NCBI GenBank assembly: GCA_963668675.2
Contig: CAXXMB010000002.1
Location: 32,001-96,000 of the forward strand
Source of the DNA: an uncultured Desulfatitalea sp.
Lineage (GTDB): Bacteria > Desulfobacterota > Desulfobacteria > Desulfobacterales > Desulfosarcinaceae
Length of the DNA: 64,000 nucleotides
Direction of reading: 5' to 3'
The stretch's first letter is position 1. Each line of letters begins with the position of its first letter. Shown here piece by piece: positions 38,632-48,865 of the stretch. The translations under genes and the position numbers were made by a program. Below the pieces are notes generated by a model, which saw nothing but the letters and a program-made list of their open reading frames with translations, did no database searches and was not told where the DNA came from.

Positions 38632-39531
38632 ATGGCTTCTATTAGAACGATGAACTTCGACCATCTGGTGGGCCAGATGGTCGGCACGAGTCGTCTGCTC
38701 AAGCAGCTCGACCGCGGCGCCATGTCCGTGGTTTTCGTCGCCTTCCAAAAATCGCTGAAGCGGCAGATCGCCGTAAAGATCCTGCCCAAAGTGCTGCTGA
38801 CCCCCAGGATTGCGGAGCTGTTCCAACAGGAGGCCGAGGCCGCCGCCTTCCTCTCTCACCCCAGCATCATCCCGGTCTACGAAGTGGGCGAGTCGGAAGA
38901 TTTTCTCTATTTTACAATGCAGTTGATCAAAGGTAATTCACTGGCCTATTACATCCGTCAAGCACGCCGCAATGTGCTGCCGTCCAAGAGGATGCTCCCT
39001 GTCAAAACGGCACTTCGAATCATCCTCAAGGTCCTGGATGCTTTGGACTACGCCAACAAACTGGGCGTCGTCCACCGCGACATCAAGCCCCGAAACATAC
39101 TGATCGAAGGACACTCCAAGCGACCGATCATCACCGATTTCGGGGTGGCGCGCTCCTATGGCGGATCGGACGACGACAACCGTATCCTCGTAGGGACGCC
39201 CACCTATATGGCGCCCGAACAGATTATTTCCGGCATCGTCGACGGTCGCGCCGACGTCTATGCCACCGGCGTCATGCTCCTGGAGATGCTCTGCGGCGGG
39301 CTGCCCTATCCGCCCTACGACTCGGCCGTCAAACTGTTGAAAATCAAGCTGCGCCTCCAGGACCGTATTTTCAGCAAGACACCTTCCCAGGTCAATCCGA
39401 ATGCGGATGCCGACTTGGATGAGATTGTATTGAGAGCAGTCGCCTATAATCAGGATAGGCGCTATCAGTCATGCAGGGATTTCGCCAAGGATCTGGAAGA
39501 GTGGATGTCCAAACGATCGCCTGCCGCCTAA
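38632..39531 (+). CDS. Hanks-type Ser/Thr protein kinase (soluble, kinase domain only)
   Basis: IAVKIL, HRDIKPRN, TDFG, GTPTYMAPE, DVYATG. Confidence 0.92.
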   Translation: MASIRTMNFDHLVGQMVGTSRLLKQLDRGAMSVVFVAFQKSLKRQIAVKILPKVLLTPRIAELFQQEAEAAAFLSHPSIIPVYEVGESEDFLYFTMQLIKGNSLAYYIRQARRNVLPSKRMLPVKTALRIILKVLDALDYANKLGVVHRDIKPRNILIEGHSKRPIITDFGVARSYGGSDDDNRILVGTPTYMAPEQIISGIVDGRADVYATGVMLLEMLCGGLPYPPYDSAVKLLKIKLRLQDRIFSKTPSQVNPNADADLDEIVLRAVAYNQDRRYQSCRDFAKDLEEWMSKRSPAA

Positions 39532-39543
39532 AGGGAGGAGACG

Positions 39544-42264
39544 ATGGAGCAACAGAGCACATTTAAAATCAAACTGGGCCACTTCGGGCGCGGCCTTGCG
39601 CTTTTATTGAACCGCACCCTCATGTACCAGTCCTCCCATCCGATGATCAAACAGTCGGTCGGCGATGTCCGAAAGATGGCCGAAGGCCTGCTCGATGAAA
39701 TTTCTCCTCTGGTCTTCATTCTCAACCGGGGGCAGTTCTATATCGATGAAGAGGCCCTGGATCCAAGAATCAACGTCAGCCGAATCGCGGCACTGTTCAA
39801 AAAAAGCGGTGTACAATCGGTATCTTTCGAAAAAGGTCTTACGGAGAGTGAAGTCTCCATTTTTGCACAGATCATATCAGAGCTGCCCCAGATATCCGAT
39901 GTGGAAGTCGTAAAAAATTCCCTGGTCAAAAAGGGCGTTTTCAACGTCAAGGTCAACCATGTGGTCTTCAAAAAGGTGACCGAGGATGACCAGGTGGTCT
40001 CCCGGGAAGCACTCAAGCAGGTGACCCCCATGCTCGACTCGGACGACGAGGAGACGCGCAAGCGTTTCCTGGACACCCTGCTGGAGAGCGTGCTTTCCGA
40101 AGAGTTTGCCCAAACCCTCAACATCACCAACCTGATGTCCAACCCCAAGGAGTTCACACAAAAGATGATCGAGGCCGATCTGGCCGCCTCCAATGAATTC
40201 CAGAATGGGATGGATAACGGCGCACCTGAGGGGGGCGGGGGAGGATCGTCAGCACCAGGCGTTGGGACCGGCGGCAGCGGAGGCAGCTATTACAACGAGG
40301 CCGACGAGACCCTTTCCGGCGAGGAGGCCGACACCTTGATCGAGGAGTCCCTGACAGGGGGTGGCGGATCGGGTCAAGGGGGAGCCGGCGGCGGAACAGG
40401 CGGCATGCCGGGCGGCGCTTTGGGTTACGCCGGCACTGGGGGTCGCGGCGGGGGCCCTGGTTCGGGCGCGGCCGGCTACGGCGGCACAGGTGGAACTGGT
40501 TCGGGCGGAGGCCTGGGGGCCACAGGTTATGCCGGTACGGGCGGTGGTGGCCAGGGATCCACAGGCCACGGCGGAACGGGCGGCAGCGGTCCGGGTAGCG
40601 GCCCGTTTGCAGGAGGCGGTGGCGGAAGTCAAGGTGGCGCAACAGCTACGGCGACCTCTTCGGGCGGCGGGGGAGCCGGCACGGGAGGAACCGGGGCAGC
40701 ACCATCCGGCAGCGCTGGTGCTGAAGGCGATGCGAATGGCAAACCGCACGGCCCCCTGCTGCTGCACCAGCTCGAACTCATGCACCAGGAGGTGGAGCGG
40801 CACCTGCACGGTGAAGGCGAAGTTGGGTTGTCCGACCTGTCCGAGGCCATTTTCGACATGAAAAAGCAGCTCTTTGAGGGCATTCAAGCTCAAAAAGCGC
40901 TGGGCACCGCCTATGCCAACGAAGCGGCCATTCTCAAAAAAGCCAATGAGTTGAGCGACCAGGTATTTATCGAACTGATCAAGGAGGAGTACAAGGCCGG
41001 CCAGATCAGCACTCAGAGATTCGCCCATATCATCCGCCGCATGATCCCTGAGGCCTCGGAATTGAAGCGACTGTTACCGCAGATCCGTAGAGCGCTGCTG
41101 GAAGCGGGCATGCCGATGGCCGACTACCTCAACTTGCTTCATGAGTTGCGCAATGAACTGCAGAGCGATGAGCTCTCGAGAATTCTGGAGGAGGGTTCCG
41201 AAACCATCGGGCTGGACGGAGACGGATTGATCGAGGAGATCAAACGCAATCCGACCCAGGCCGCCGAACTGATCTACCTGGCCTCTGAAATCCGCAAGGG
41301 TGGCGGCGACGAAGCGCTTCTCTCGGACATCATGGTGGAGTATGTCGAGCATATCGGCCAGAAGATGGCCAAGGATGCCTCCGAGTCGGGTGACGAGAAC
41401 GGCGATGCTGAAGTCAAGGAGTTGATGAACAATGTCGAGTCGTCCGTTCTTAAAAAACTCACCGAGATGAACGTCAATGCCGAAGTGATCTCCCGAATGG
41501 AAACACGCCTTAACGAAAAGATGGAATCGGTTCTGGACAGAATGAGAGTGGAGTGGCTGAAAAACCAATCTGCCCAGACCACCAAAGAGGCGCCCAAGAT
41601 GCTTAGCGTGCTGCAGACGCTGGAGCATAACGTCGGTGACGACGACGAGATGTCGGAAGTACTGCAGGAGATCCGCGCCGAGGTCGAATCCGGCAAGATC
41701 GAGGAGAACAACTTCAGCCAAATTCACAAAGAGATCAATCAAATCAAAAAACGCCGAAGGGAGGCCTTGGAAGGCAGAGGCATGCCGGAGGGCGTTCTCA
41801 CCTCCGAAGAGGTGATGTTCGTGCTGGAGAAGGAGATCGCCAGGGCCGACCGCTACGCCTCCCCTCTCTCTGCGCTCGCCTTCGCCTTTGTCTCGGCCAA
41901 ACCGCAAGACAAAGGCACAAATCGCGTAATCACCAACAAGGCCGTCCTGGAAACCGCCTTGGACACGCTCTCCACCACCTTCCGCTCCATGGACTACATT
42001 GCGCAGATCGGAAAGAACAAAATGCTCGTGCTGCTTCCCATGGCCCCATACGGAGAGGCCAAGAAAGCGCTATCACGCGTCCTCCATGTGCTCCATTCAA
42101 AACCGCTGGATGTAAAGGGCGTACCGGTGCAACTGCGCGTGGCCGGCGTCGCCGGCAGCTTCGATCCCAACCAGACACAGACGGCCCAAATCTTTGCCAA
42201 ACATCTGGCGCAGAAACTCTCGGACATGGTCTCGCGCGTCAAAAGCATTCAGGTTCTTTTCTAG
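39544..42264 (+). CDS. large protein with Gly-rich insertion and degenerate GGDEF-like C-terminal domain
   Basis: GGAGGAG RBS 13 nt after the kinase stop; C-terminus EKEIARADRYASPLS...FRSMDYIAQIGKNKMLVLLP. Confidence 0.75.
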   Translation: MEQQSTFKIKLGHFGRGLALLLNRTLMYQSSHPMIKQSVGDVRKMAEGLLDEISPLVFILNRGQFYIDEEALDPRINVSRIAALFKKSGVQSVSFEKGLTESEVSIFAQIISELPQISDVEVVKNSLVKKGVFNVKVNHVVFKKVTEDDQVVSREALKQVTPMLDSDDEETRKRFLDTLLESVLSEEFAQTLNITNLMSNPKEFTQKMIEADLAASNEFQNGMDNGAPEGGGGGSSAPGVGTGGSGGSYYNEADETLSGEEADTLIEESLTGGGGSGQGGAGGGTGGMPGGALGYAGTGGRGGGPGSGAAGYGGTGGTGSGGGLGATGYAGTGGGGQGSTGHGGTGGSGPGSGPFAGGGGGSQGGATATATSSGGGGAGTGGTGAAPSGSAGAEGDANGKPHGPLLLHQLELMHQEVERHLHGEGEVGLSDLSEAIFDMKKQLFEGIQAQKALGTAYANEAAILKKANELSDQVFIELIKEEYKAGQISTQRFAHIIRRMIPEASELKRLLPQIRRALLEAGMPMADYLNLLHELRNELQSDELSRILEEGSETIGLDGDGLIEEIKRNPTQAAELIYLASEIRKGGGDEALLSDIMVEYVEHIGQKMAKDASESGDENGDAEVKELMNNVESSVLKKLTEMNVNAEVISRMETRLNEKMESVLDRMRVEWLKNQSAQTTKEAPKMLSVLQTLEHNVGDDDEMSEVLQEIRAEVESGKIEENNFSQIHKEINQIKKRRREALEGRGMPEGVLTSEEVMFVLEKEIARADRYASPLSALAFAFVSAKPQDKGTNRVITNKAVLETALDTLSTTFRSMDYIAQIGKNKMLVLLPMAPYGEAKKALSRVLHVLHSKPLDVKGVPVQLRVAGVAGSFDPNQTQTAQIFAKHLAQKLSDMVSRVKSIQVLF

Positions 42265-42268
42265 CGCA

Positions 42269-43624
42269 TCACGCCTGGATCAACTGCTTGAGCCTGGACA
42301 GGGTCTGCCAGGAGAATTCCTCCCCCTGACAGGGAAAGATGGCGTTGTTGCAGTAAATCGGGTCGGCAGCCAAATCGTACCGCGAGTGTTCGACCGCCTG
42401 CTCCCACAAACGGGTATGGGGGATCGGCGTATAGTGTGCCAGCACCGGCGTGATGCCGGCCGACTTGACCACATGGATCGATTGCTCCACCGCAGTGACC
42501 GATTGACCTGGGAGTCCGACCAGAAGGTAGGCGCCGATCTGTCCGGCATTGAAACCGGCACGCTTCAAGTGATTCACCGCACGATGGAACTCCGACGCCG
42601 TCACCTTGTGATCCAGGTCGCCGCGTGCGTCAAAGGCCGTGGTCTCCAGGCCGAGACGCAAGGTATGAAAACCGGCCCGAAACATCAGATGCGACGTCTC
42701 TGCGTCGATCTCCCTGATGTGCACTGCGTTAGGGGTGTGGAAGCAAAGCGATCTTCCGCTGCGCACCACGCTCTCCAGAATAATCTTTGCATGGTGTCCG
42801 GTGTCCACCAGTAGTGCGTCGTCATAGAAAACAAAATCAGCAACCCCATAGCGGTCCTGCCAATAGCCGATCTCTTCGACGACACCCTCCGGTGAGCGCC
42901 GATGCATCTCCGGTGTCAGGAAACGGGAAGCGCAATAGGCACAATCGAACGGGCAGCCGTGGAGGGTCAGCAGGGGCACGTACCCGATCCGATGCTGCAG
43001 ATCAAAGGCCGGATAGGGCAGTACATCCAAGTGCCCCATATCCAATTGACGGTCGATGTTGAATCCGGTATGGCGAAAAATCACATCGAAAATCGATCGG
43101 CCGTCATCAGCGACCACCTCGTCAGCGCCCGAACAGGCCCTGGCATGCGACGTACATAAGCGGGCGTAAATACCGCCCAATACCAAGGGCACATTGGGAA
43201 AACGCGCTTTCAGCAGTTCAATGGTCTCCGCCACACCGGGATACCAATAGGTCATCACGGAGGTGACCAGAATCAAGTCGGGAGGTGAAGGTAGCGCGTC
43301 AAGGTCGGCGCCCAACCACTCGGGCAGGATGCCGTAACGGCTGTAAGTTCGGTGAATAGACGCCAGCCCGCCAGGCGCTTCGATAGCGTGTTTCAAATAG
43401 GGCCCACGGCCATGCCGGGCGGAAGGGTCGGATTTCGGCATTCGCGGATGAAAACGGTCCAGGCAGTCCATATAGGAGACGTTGACGTCCTGCTCTCGCA
43501 GAATCGCCGCAAGGCTCAGCAAACCGTATGGCTTCGCCCAGAAATCGTAGGCGGCAAAATCGTGGATCCAGGGATTGACGAGAAGAACATGGGGGGCATG
43601 ATTTGACACCGTCTCTTTGCCCAT
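42269..43624 (-). CDS. B12-binding domain radical SAM protein
   Basis: GCPFDCAYC; N-terminal LVNPWIHDFAAYDFW; FYDDALL. Confidence 0.88.
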   Translation of the reverse strand: MGKETVSNHAPHVLLVNPWIHDFAAYDFWAKPYGLLSLAAILREQDVNVSYMDCLDRFHPRMPKSDPSARHGRGPYLKHAIEAPGGLASIHRTYSRYGILPEWLGADLDALPSPPDLILVTSVMTYWYPGVAETIELLKARFPNVPLVLGGIYARLCTSHARACSGADEVVADDGRSIFDVIFRHTGFNIDRQLDMGHLDVLPYPAFDLQHRIGYVPLLTLHGCPFDCAYCASRFLTPEMHRRSPEGVVEEIGYWQDRYGVADFVFYDDALLVDTGHHAKIILESVVRSGRSLCFHTPNAVHIREIDAETSHLMFRAGFHTLRLGLETTAFDARGDLDHKVTASEFHRAVNHLKRAGFNAGQIGAYLLVGLPGQSVTAVEQSIHVVKSAGITPVLAHYTPIPHTRLWEQAVEHSRYDLAADPIYCNNAIFPCQGEEFSWQTLSRLKQLIQA

Positions 43625-43630
43625 TCGATA

Positions 43631-44125
43631 CTACTCTTCGGCAGCAGGTTGGACGAAATACTGCATCGATGTCTTTTTCAGCTCTCTGCGACTGAAAAGC
43701 ATTTCGTAAGCCCGGACACCCGATGCGGCCGACATCTCCTGCGCGCTTTTGCGGCAGTCGGCCTCGTCCTTGCCATGGACCATCGTATAGAGATTGTAAG
43801 GCCAGCTGTCGGTGGGGTCACGGCGGTAGCAGTGCGATACCGCTTTAAATCCGGCCATGGTCCGTCCCACCTCTTCAATGCGCTCCTCTTCGACTTTCCA
43901 GGCCACCATGACGTTGGCCTGGAAACCCGACTTCTGGTGGCGCAGGGTCGCCCCGAATCGACGAATGATGCCCCGATCCACCAGGCTCCGAAGTATTTCA
44001 AGCATCCGATCTTCCGTAATTCCCAGCGAATCGGCAATCTGCTCGTACGGTCGCTCCGTAATGGGCATATCACCCTGGATCGAAGCAATCACCCGCTTCT
44101 CCAACTCAGTCAACTCAACCGGCAT
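43631..44125 (-). CDS. ahbB: siroheme decarboxylase subunit (Lrp/AsnC-like)
   Basis: IRRFGATLRHQKSGF; VSHCYRR; WPYNLYTMVHG; RELKKTSM. Confidence 0.85.
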   Translation of the reverse strand: MPVELTELEKRVIASIQGDMPITERPYEQIADSLGITEDRMLEILRSLVDRGIIRRFGATLRHQKSGFQANVMVAWKVEEERIEEVGRTMAGFKAVSHCYRRDPTDSWPYNLYTMVHGKDEADCRKSAQEMSAASGVRAYEMLFSRRELKKTSMQYFVQPAAEE

Positions 44126-44165
44126 ATCTCTTATCCCCGTCCGGCTTAACCGGAAGCAAAATAGG

Positions 44166-45260
44166 TTACGACCTCTTTTCCGGAAACAACCCTAAAACCG
44201 CCGTTTCATTCGCTTCGCAAACGCCCCGTTCGGTGATAAACCCGGTAACCAGACGGGCCGGGGTCACATCGAAGGCCGGATTGGCCGCCGGACTCGTTTC
44301 GGGCGGCACCAATACACGCTCCAAGCTGTTTTTGGTCAACCCCTGGATGTAGCGCACCTCATCGGAGTCCCGATCCTCGATGGGAATCTCTTTGATGCCA
44401 TCGCGCAACTGCCAATCAAAAGTGGAGGAGGGCAAAGCCACGTAAAACGGGACCCCATTGTCCTTGGCGGCCAGCGCCTTGAGGTAGGTTCCGATCTTGT
44501 TGGCCACATCCCCGGTGTAAGTGGAGCGGTCCGTGCCGACGATCACCATATCCACCATACCGTGCTGCATAAGGTGTCCGCCGGCATTATCGGTGATCAC
44601 CGTATGCCGGATCCCGGCCTTGCCCAGCTCCCATGCGGTCAGGCGGGCCCCCTGGTTCAACGGCCGGGTCTCATCCACCCAGACATGCAGGTCGATCCCC
44701 CTCTCCCGGGCCACATAGATCGGCGCCGTCGCCGTCCCCCACTCGACACAAGCCAACCATCCGGCATTGCAATGAGTGAGGATGTTGACCGCCTGCCCTC
44801 CTTTTCTACGGCTGATCTCCGCAACCAGCTCGGCACCATGCTCACCAATACGACGGCAGCGGTCGGCCTCCTCCTCTGCAATGGCGGCCGCCTCGCTTTG
44901 TGCAAGCGCCATTCTCTGAGACTTCTCACTCGCCTTCAAAACCGCGCCCAGCATGCGTTCCACCGCCCAGGCCAGGTTGACCGCAGTAGGACGTGCATCC
45001 TTCACAAGATCACACAGCTCCAGAAAATGCTTCTCATCCGCTGATGTCTCAAGCGCCACAAGCACACCATACGCTCCGGTGGCACCGATGAGCGGCGCCC
45101 CCCGCACCACCATCGTCTGGATGGCATGCACCACCCGCTCCACCGTAGTAAGGGAAAGAATCTCCAGGCGATGGGGCAGCTGTCGCTGATCGATCACCTT
45201 GACCACATTATCTTTCGCGTCCATCCATATGGGACGCATCTGTTTTCCATCTACGATCAT
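44166..45260 (-). CDS. mtnA: S-methyl-5-thioribose-1-phosphate isomerase
   Basis: VRGAPLIG; RPTAVNL; LTHCNAG; DETRP; ANKIGTY; NPAFDVTP. Confidence 0.93.
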   Translation of the reverse strand: MIVDGKQMRPIWMDAKDNVVKVIDQRQLPHRLEILSLTTVERVVHAIQTMVVRGAPLIGATGAYGVLVALETSADEKHFLELCDLVKDARPTAVNLAWAVERMLGAVLKASEKSQRMALAQSEAAAIAEEEADRCRRIGEHGAELVAEISRRKGGQAVNILTHCNAGWLACVEWGTATAPIYVARERGIDLHVWVDETRPLNQGARLTAWELGKAGIRHTVITDNAGGHLMQHGMVDMVIVGTDRSTYTGDVANKIGTYLKALAAKDNGVPFYVALPSSTFDWQLRDGIKEIPIEDRDSDEVRYIQGLTKNSLERVLVPPETSPAANPAFDVTPARLVTGFITERGVCEANETAVLGLFPEKRS

Positions 45261-45346
45261 TTAATAAGCCTCTCTGATAATCAGTAGTTATGACAAACTG
45301 GTAAATACCTTTGCCATCAACTTAATACAAGTTTACTACCGACCCT

Positions 45347-45370
45347 GGCGGGCGTAAAGCCCGCCCCTAC
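45347..45370 (-). repeat. GTAG-family REP
   Basis: Minus strand GTAGGGGCGGGCTTTACGCCCGCC; same family at 56441-56465 and 56509-56530. Confidence 0.7.
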
Positions 45371-45469
45371 TTTCCTATAACATCTGGATGCCGGATCAAG
45401 ATCACCATGGTGTCTGATTAATTATATCAGTTCACCAATGCACCTGACTTCTGGTTTCCACATACGGAT

Positions 45470-45664
45470 GCGAAGCCAGAGGGTGGATGGCCTGCACCTC
45501 TTCAGCATCGCATGTTAGTGCCGTTTAGGTGCAACGGAGGATCAGCGGCCCGGACTGTCTGACCCCGCCGCAGGCGGGGGAGTTTCCGGGACGCCCGGAG
45601 TTGCGCCTTAACGGCACTTGCATGCGTTTGCGTGCGGTGCAGGCCATCCACCCTCTGGCTTCGC
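45470..45664. repeat. ~195-nt long-hairpin element, copy B
   Basis: 29-bp perfect outer IR, 26-bp inner IR and a central CCCGGA-CTGTCTGA-[CCCCGCCGCAGGCGGGG]-GAGTT-TCCGGG. Confidence 0.8.
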
Positions 45665-45717
45665 CGGATCATTTAATCCAAACTCCGACTTTGAAAAACT
45701 TTACTTCATCCTACCTG

Positions 45718-47442
45718 TCAGTCGTTCACAAACAGAGGCACCAATTCAAACTTCTCCACATCCACCAACCCCTTGTCGGTAATCTTGAGTGCCGGTATCA
45801 CCGGCAGGGCCATGAAGCTAAGGGTCATAAACGGATCGGTCAACCCCGTCCCCAGCCCCCTGGCCGCGGCGAAAAGGCCGTCCAACCCATTGCACACCTC
45901 CCCCATCGGCCGGTCGGACATCAAACCGGCAATCGGCAGCGGCAGCGAAGCAATCACCTGCCCCTCATCCACAGCCACCAAACCGCCCCCCATATCGACC
46001 AGCGCCCTGACAGCCAGCTCAAGGTCACTATCTTGAACACCCACCGCCACGATATTGTGGGAGTCGTGGGCAACAGTGGAGGCCAAAGCCCCCCGCTTCA
46101 GCCCAAACCCCCGGATGAAGCCAACGCCCCTCTGGCCTGTCCCGTGATGCCGCTCCACCACAGCGATCTTAATCAGATCACGGCCTGGATCGGACACGGC
46201 CTGCCCGTCGACGACGCACGCATCGTCAATGGCGCCACGCGTCACAATCTGATCGGGAACGGTTTCAATGACCCTCATGCGACGGCCTCGGGCAGGCACG
46301 CTGAAATCCAATCGGTCTGCGGACACATGCATGGAAGCAGGAAGCGCTGCAACCGTCTCCTTTGGGGCGGCAATGGCCATCTTTCCCCACTCGGCAGCCA
46401 GCATCCCGCCGTAGTAAACCTGCTGCACCACCGGGTCGGCAAGATCCTCGATCACCACCATATCGGCCCGACGCCCGGGGGCGACGCCCCCCACCTCATG
46501 CAACCGGAAATAGTCTGCCGGGTTCAGGGTGGCCATCTGAATGGCGACGATGGGATCGACACCGGCCCGGACAGCGCGGCGGACCATACTGCCGACGGAA
46601 CCCTCGGTGATCAGATCGTGGGGATGCCGGTCGTCAGTGCACCACATCAACCGCCGGGCGTTTCGGGAATGGATAAGGGGCAACAGTTCATCGAGGTTGC
46701 GCGCCCCGGTCCCCTCGCGGATCATGATGTGCATACCGGAAGCCATCTTTTCACGGGCCTCCGCAAGGGTGGTGCACTCGTGATCGCTGGAGATGCCTGG
46801 AAGCAGATAGGCGTTCAGTTGAGTACCGCCCAGCCCCGGACTGTGGCCGTCCACCGGCTTTCCTGCCTTCCGAATGGCCTCGATTTTATCCAACACACCG
46901 GAATCTCCATAGATCACGCCTGGAAAATTCATCATCTCGGCCAGGGCCACGATGCGTTCATGTGACATGAAAGGCTCGAGCGCCGATGCATCCAGTGACG
47001 CACCTGAGGTCTCCATGTCAGTGGCGGGCACACACGACGGCAGCGTGAAAAAAAAGTTGAGCAGCGCATCCCGGCTGGCAGCCAGCATAAACTCGATCCC
47101 AGCTGTGCCCAGCACATTGGCGATCTCATGGGGGTCGGCCACAACACTCGTTGTGCCGTGAGGCAAGACGGCTTGGGCAAACGCGGCCGGCCCCACCATG
47201 GCGCTTTCGATGTGGACGTGGGCATCGATAAATCCCGGCGCCACGTAGCGGCCGTCCAGATCGACCGTCTCGGCAGCATCGTACGCCCCGAACCCGACGA
47301 TATATTCCTCGGCAATGGCAATGTTGGCGTCCACAACCTCACCGGCAAAAACGTTGATCAGTTTCGCGTTGCGGATCAGCAGGTCCGCCGGTCGATCACC
47401 GCGGGCGGCCTGGAGCAGCCTCTCGATGTTTTTTCGATTCAT
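45718..47442 (-). CDS. ade: adenine deaminase
   Basis: IDAHVHIES; DPHEIANV; SDHEC; CTDDRHP; AHDSHN; ALPVIP. Confidence 0.93.
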   Translation of the reverse strand: MNRKNIERLLQAARGDRPADLLIRNAKLINVFAGEVVDANIAIAEEYIVGFGAYDAAETVDLDGRYVAPGFIDAHVHIESAMVGPAAFAQAVLPHGTTSVVADPHEIANVLGTAGIEFMLAASRDALLNFFFTLPSCVPATDMETSGASLDASALEPFMSHERIVALAEMMNFPGVIYGDSGVLDKIEAIRKAGKPVDGHSPGLGGTQLNAYLLPGISSDHECTTLAEAREKMASGMHIMIREGTGARNLDELLPLIHSRNARRLMWCTDDRHPHDLITEGSVGSMVRRAVRAGVDPIVAIQMATLNPADYFRLHEVGGVAPGRRADMVVIEDLADPVVQQVYYGGMLAAEWGKMAIAAPKETVAALPASMHVSADRLDFSVPARGRRMRVIETVPDQIVTRGAIDDACVVDGQAVSDPGRDLIKIAVVERHHGTGQRGVGFIRGFGLKRGALASTVAHDSHNIVAVGVQDSDLELAVRALVDMGGGLVAVDEGQVIASLPLPIAGLMSDRPMGEVCNGLDGLFAAARGLGTGLTDPFMTLSFMALPVIPALKITDKGLVDVEKFELVPLFVND

Positions 47443-47482
47443 CGCTTCATCTTAATGGGTTGGATGTTATATGCCGCGACTG

Positions 47483-48799
47483 TCATCGACGCCGAATGAC
47501 CTCTCGTGCGAAAACGCGCACCCGGTGCAACAGGTCGTCCAAATCGATGTTTAACAGCCGGCGATCCCGCACCACCCAGGCGCCGTCCACCATGACATGA
47601 CGCACATCGCCGGCGCGCACCGCATAGACCAGGTGCGATGCCGGATGGTACATGGGGGTCAGTTGGGGCTGATCGACATCGACAATGATCACATCGGCCC
47701 GCTTGCCGACCTCGAGTGATCCGATGAGCCCGTCCATCCCCAATGCCTTCGCCCCCCCCATCGTGGCCATGCGCACCACGCTGGTCGCATCCATGATCGT
47801 CGGATCGAGACGCTGGACCTTGTGCAGCTTGGCCAGTGTGTCCATCTCGCCCCACAGATCGAGGTCGTTGTTGCTGGCACTCCCGTCGGTGCCGATGCCT
47901 ACTGCAATTCCGGCCGAAAGAAAATCGGGGAGCGGTGCCACCCCCGACCCAAGCTTCATATTGCTCTCCGGACAATGGGCAATGCAGGCCCCGCTCCCGG
48001 CGATCTGTTCGATATCCGACACATCCACCCACACGGCGTGTACCAACAGGGTGTTTGCATCCAGGATGCCCAGGCGATGAAGATAGGCTGCAGGGCTGCA
48101 GCCTTGGGCGCTGGACATCTGTTCCAGCTCGTTCCGGGTTTCGGCCAAATGGATCTGAAACAGCACATCCAGCTCATCCGCCGCCCGTTTGGCATGCGTG
48201 AGCGTGGTCTCAGAACAGGTATAGGGGGAGTGGCAAAAGATGGAGGGGCGAATCAGGTCGGATCTCCCCTGCCACTGCCGGGCAAAATCGCGGGCTACGG
48301 CGACACCCTTGGACGGATCGGGAACCCCCGGTGCCGGATAGTCGATCACGCCCTGCCCCAGAACAGCCCGCATGCCCATCTGCGCGACCGCTTCGGCAAT
48401 GGCGGTGGCATGGAAGTAGCCATCACAACAGGTCGTGATGCCGCCGAGAAGCATCTCCGCACACGAGAGCCGGGCACCCAAACGAACCGTCTCCTCATCG
48501 ATATGGGTCGCCTCAGCCGGAAAAATGTGCTCGTTGAGCCACTGCTCCAGGGGCAGGTCATCGGCCAGGCCACGAAACAGCGACATGGGCAGATGGGTGT
48601 GAAGATTGGTCAGCCCGGGCATCACGATACCGCCCCGGGCGTCGACGATCTCCCTGGCCTCTGGCAAGGGTTCGCCTTCCCGGGGTTGCCATATCCGTTG
48701 GATCCGGCCCCGATCAATGGCCACCGCTCCGCCGCGGAGCACCTGAAACGCCGGGTCCACCGTGACGATGGTACCATTATATATAATCGTGTCCGTCAT
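47483..48799 (-). CDS. mtaD: MTA/SAH deaminase-family amidohydrolase (paralog 2)
   Basis: NLHTHLPM; HSPYTC; HLAET; HCPESNMKL; GTDGSASNN. Confidence 0.75.
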   Translation of the reverse strand: MTDTIIYNGTIVTVDPAFQVLRGGAVAIDRGRIQRIWQPREGEPLPEAREIVDARGGIVMPGLTNLHTHLPMSLFRGLADDLPLEQWLNEHIFPAEATHIDEETVRLGARLSCAEMLLGGITTCCDGYFHATAIAEAVAQMGMRAVLGQGVIDYPAPGVPDPSKGVAVARDFARQWQGRSDLIRPSIFCHSPYTCSETTLTHAKRAADELDVLFQIHLAETRNELEQMSSAQGCSPAAYLHRLGILDANTLLVHAVWVDVSDIEQIAGSGACIAHCPESNMKLGSGVAPLPDFLSAGIAVGIGTDGSASNNDLDLWGEMDTLAKLHKVQRLDPTIMDATSVVRMATMGGAKALGMDGLIGSLEVGKRADVIIVDVDQPQLTPMYHPASHLVYAVRAGDVRHVMVDGAWVVRDRRLLNIDLDDLLHRVRVFAREVIRRR

Positions 48800-48865
48800 G
48801 GTCTGGTTGACTCGCAAAGTTAAGGTAGAGTGATCGGAAGGTCGCCTCCCGGAGCCCCCGGGGGT

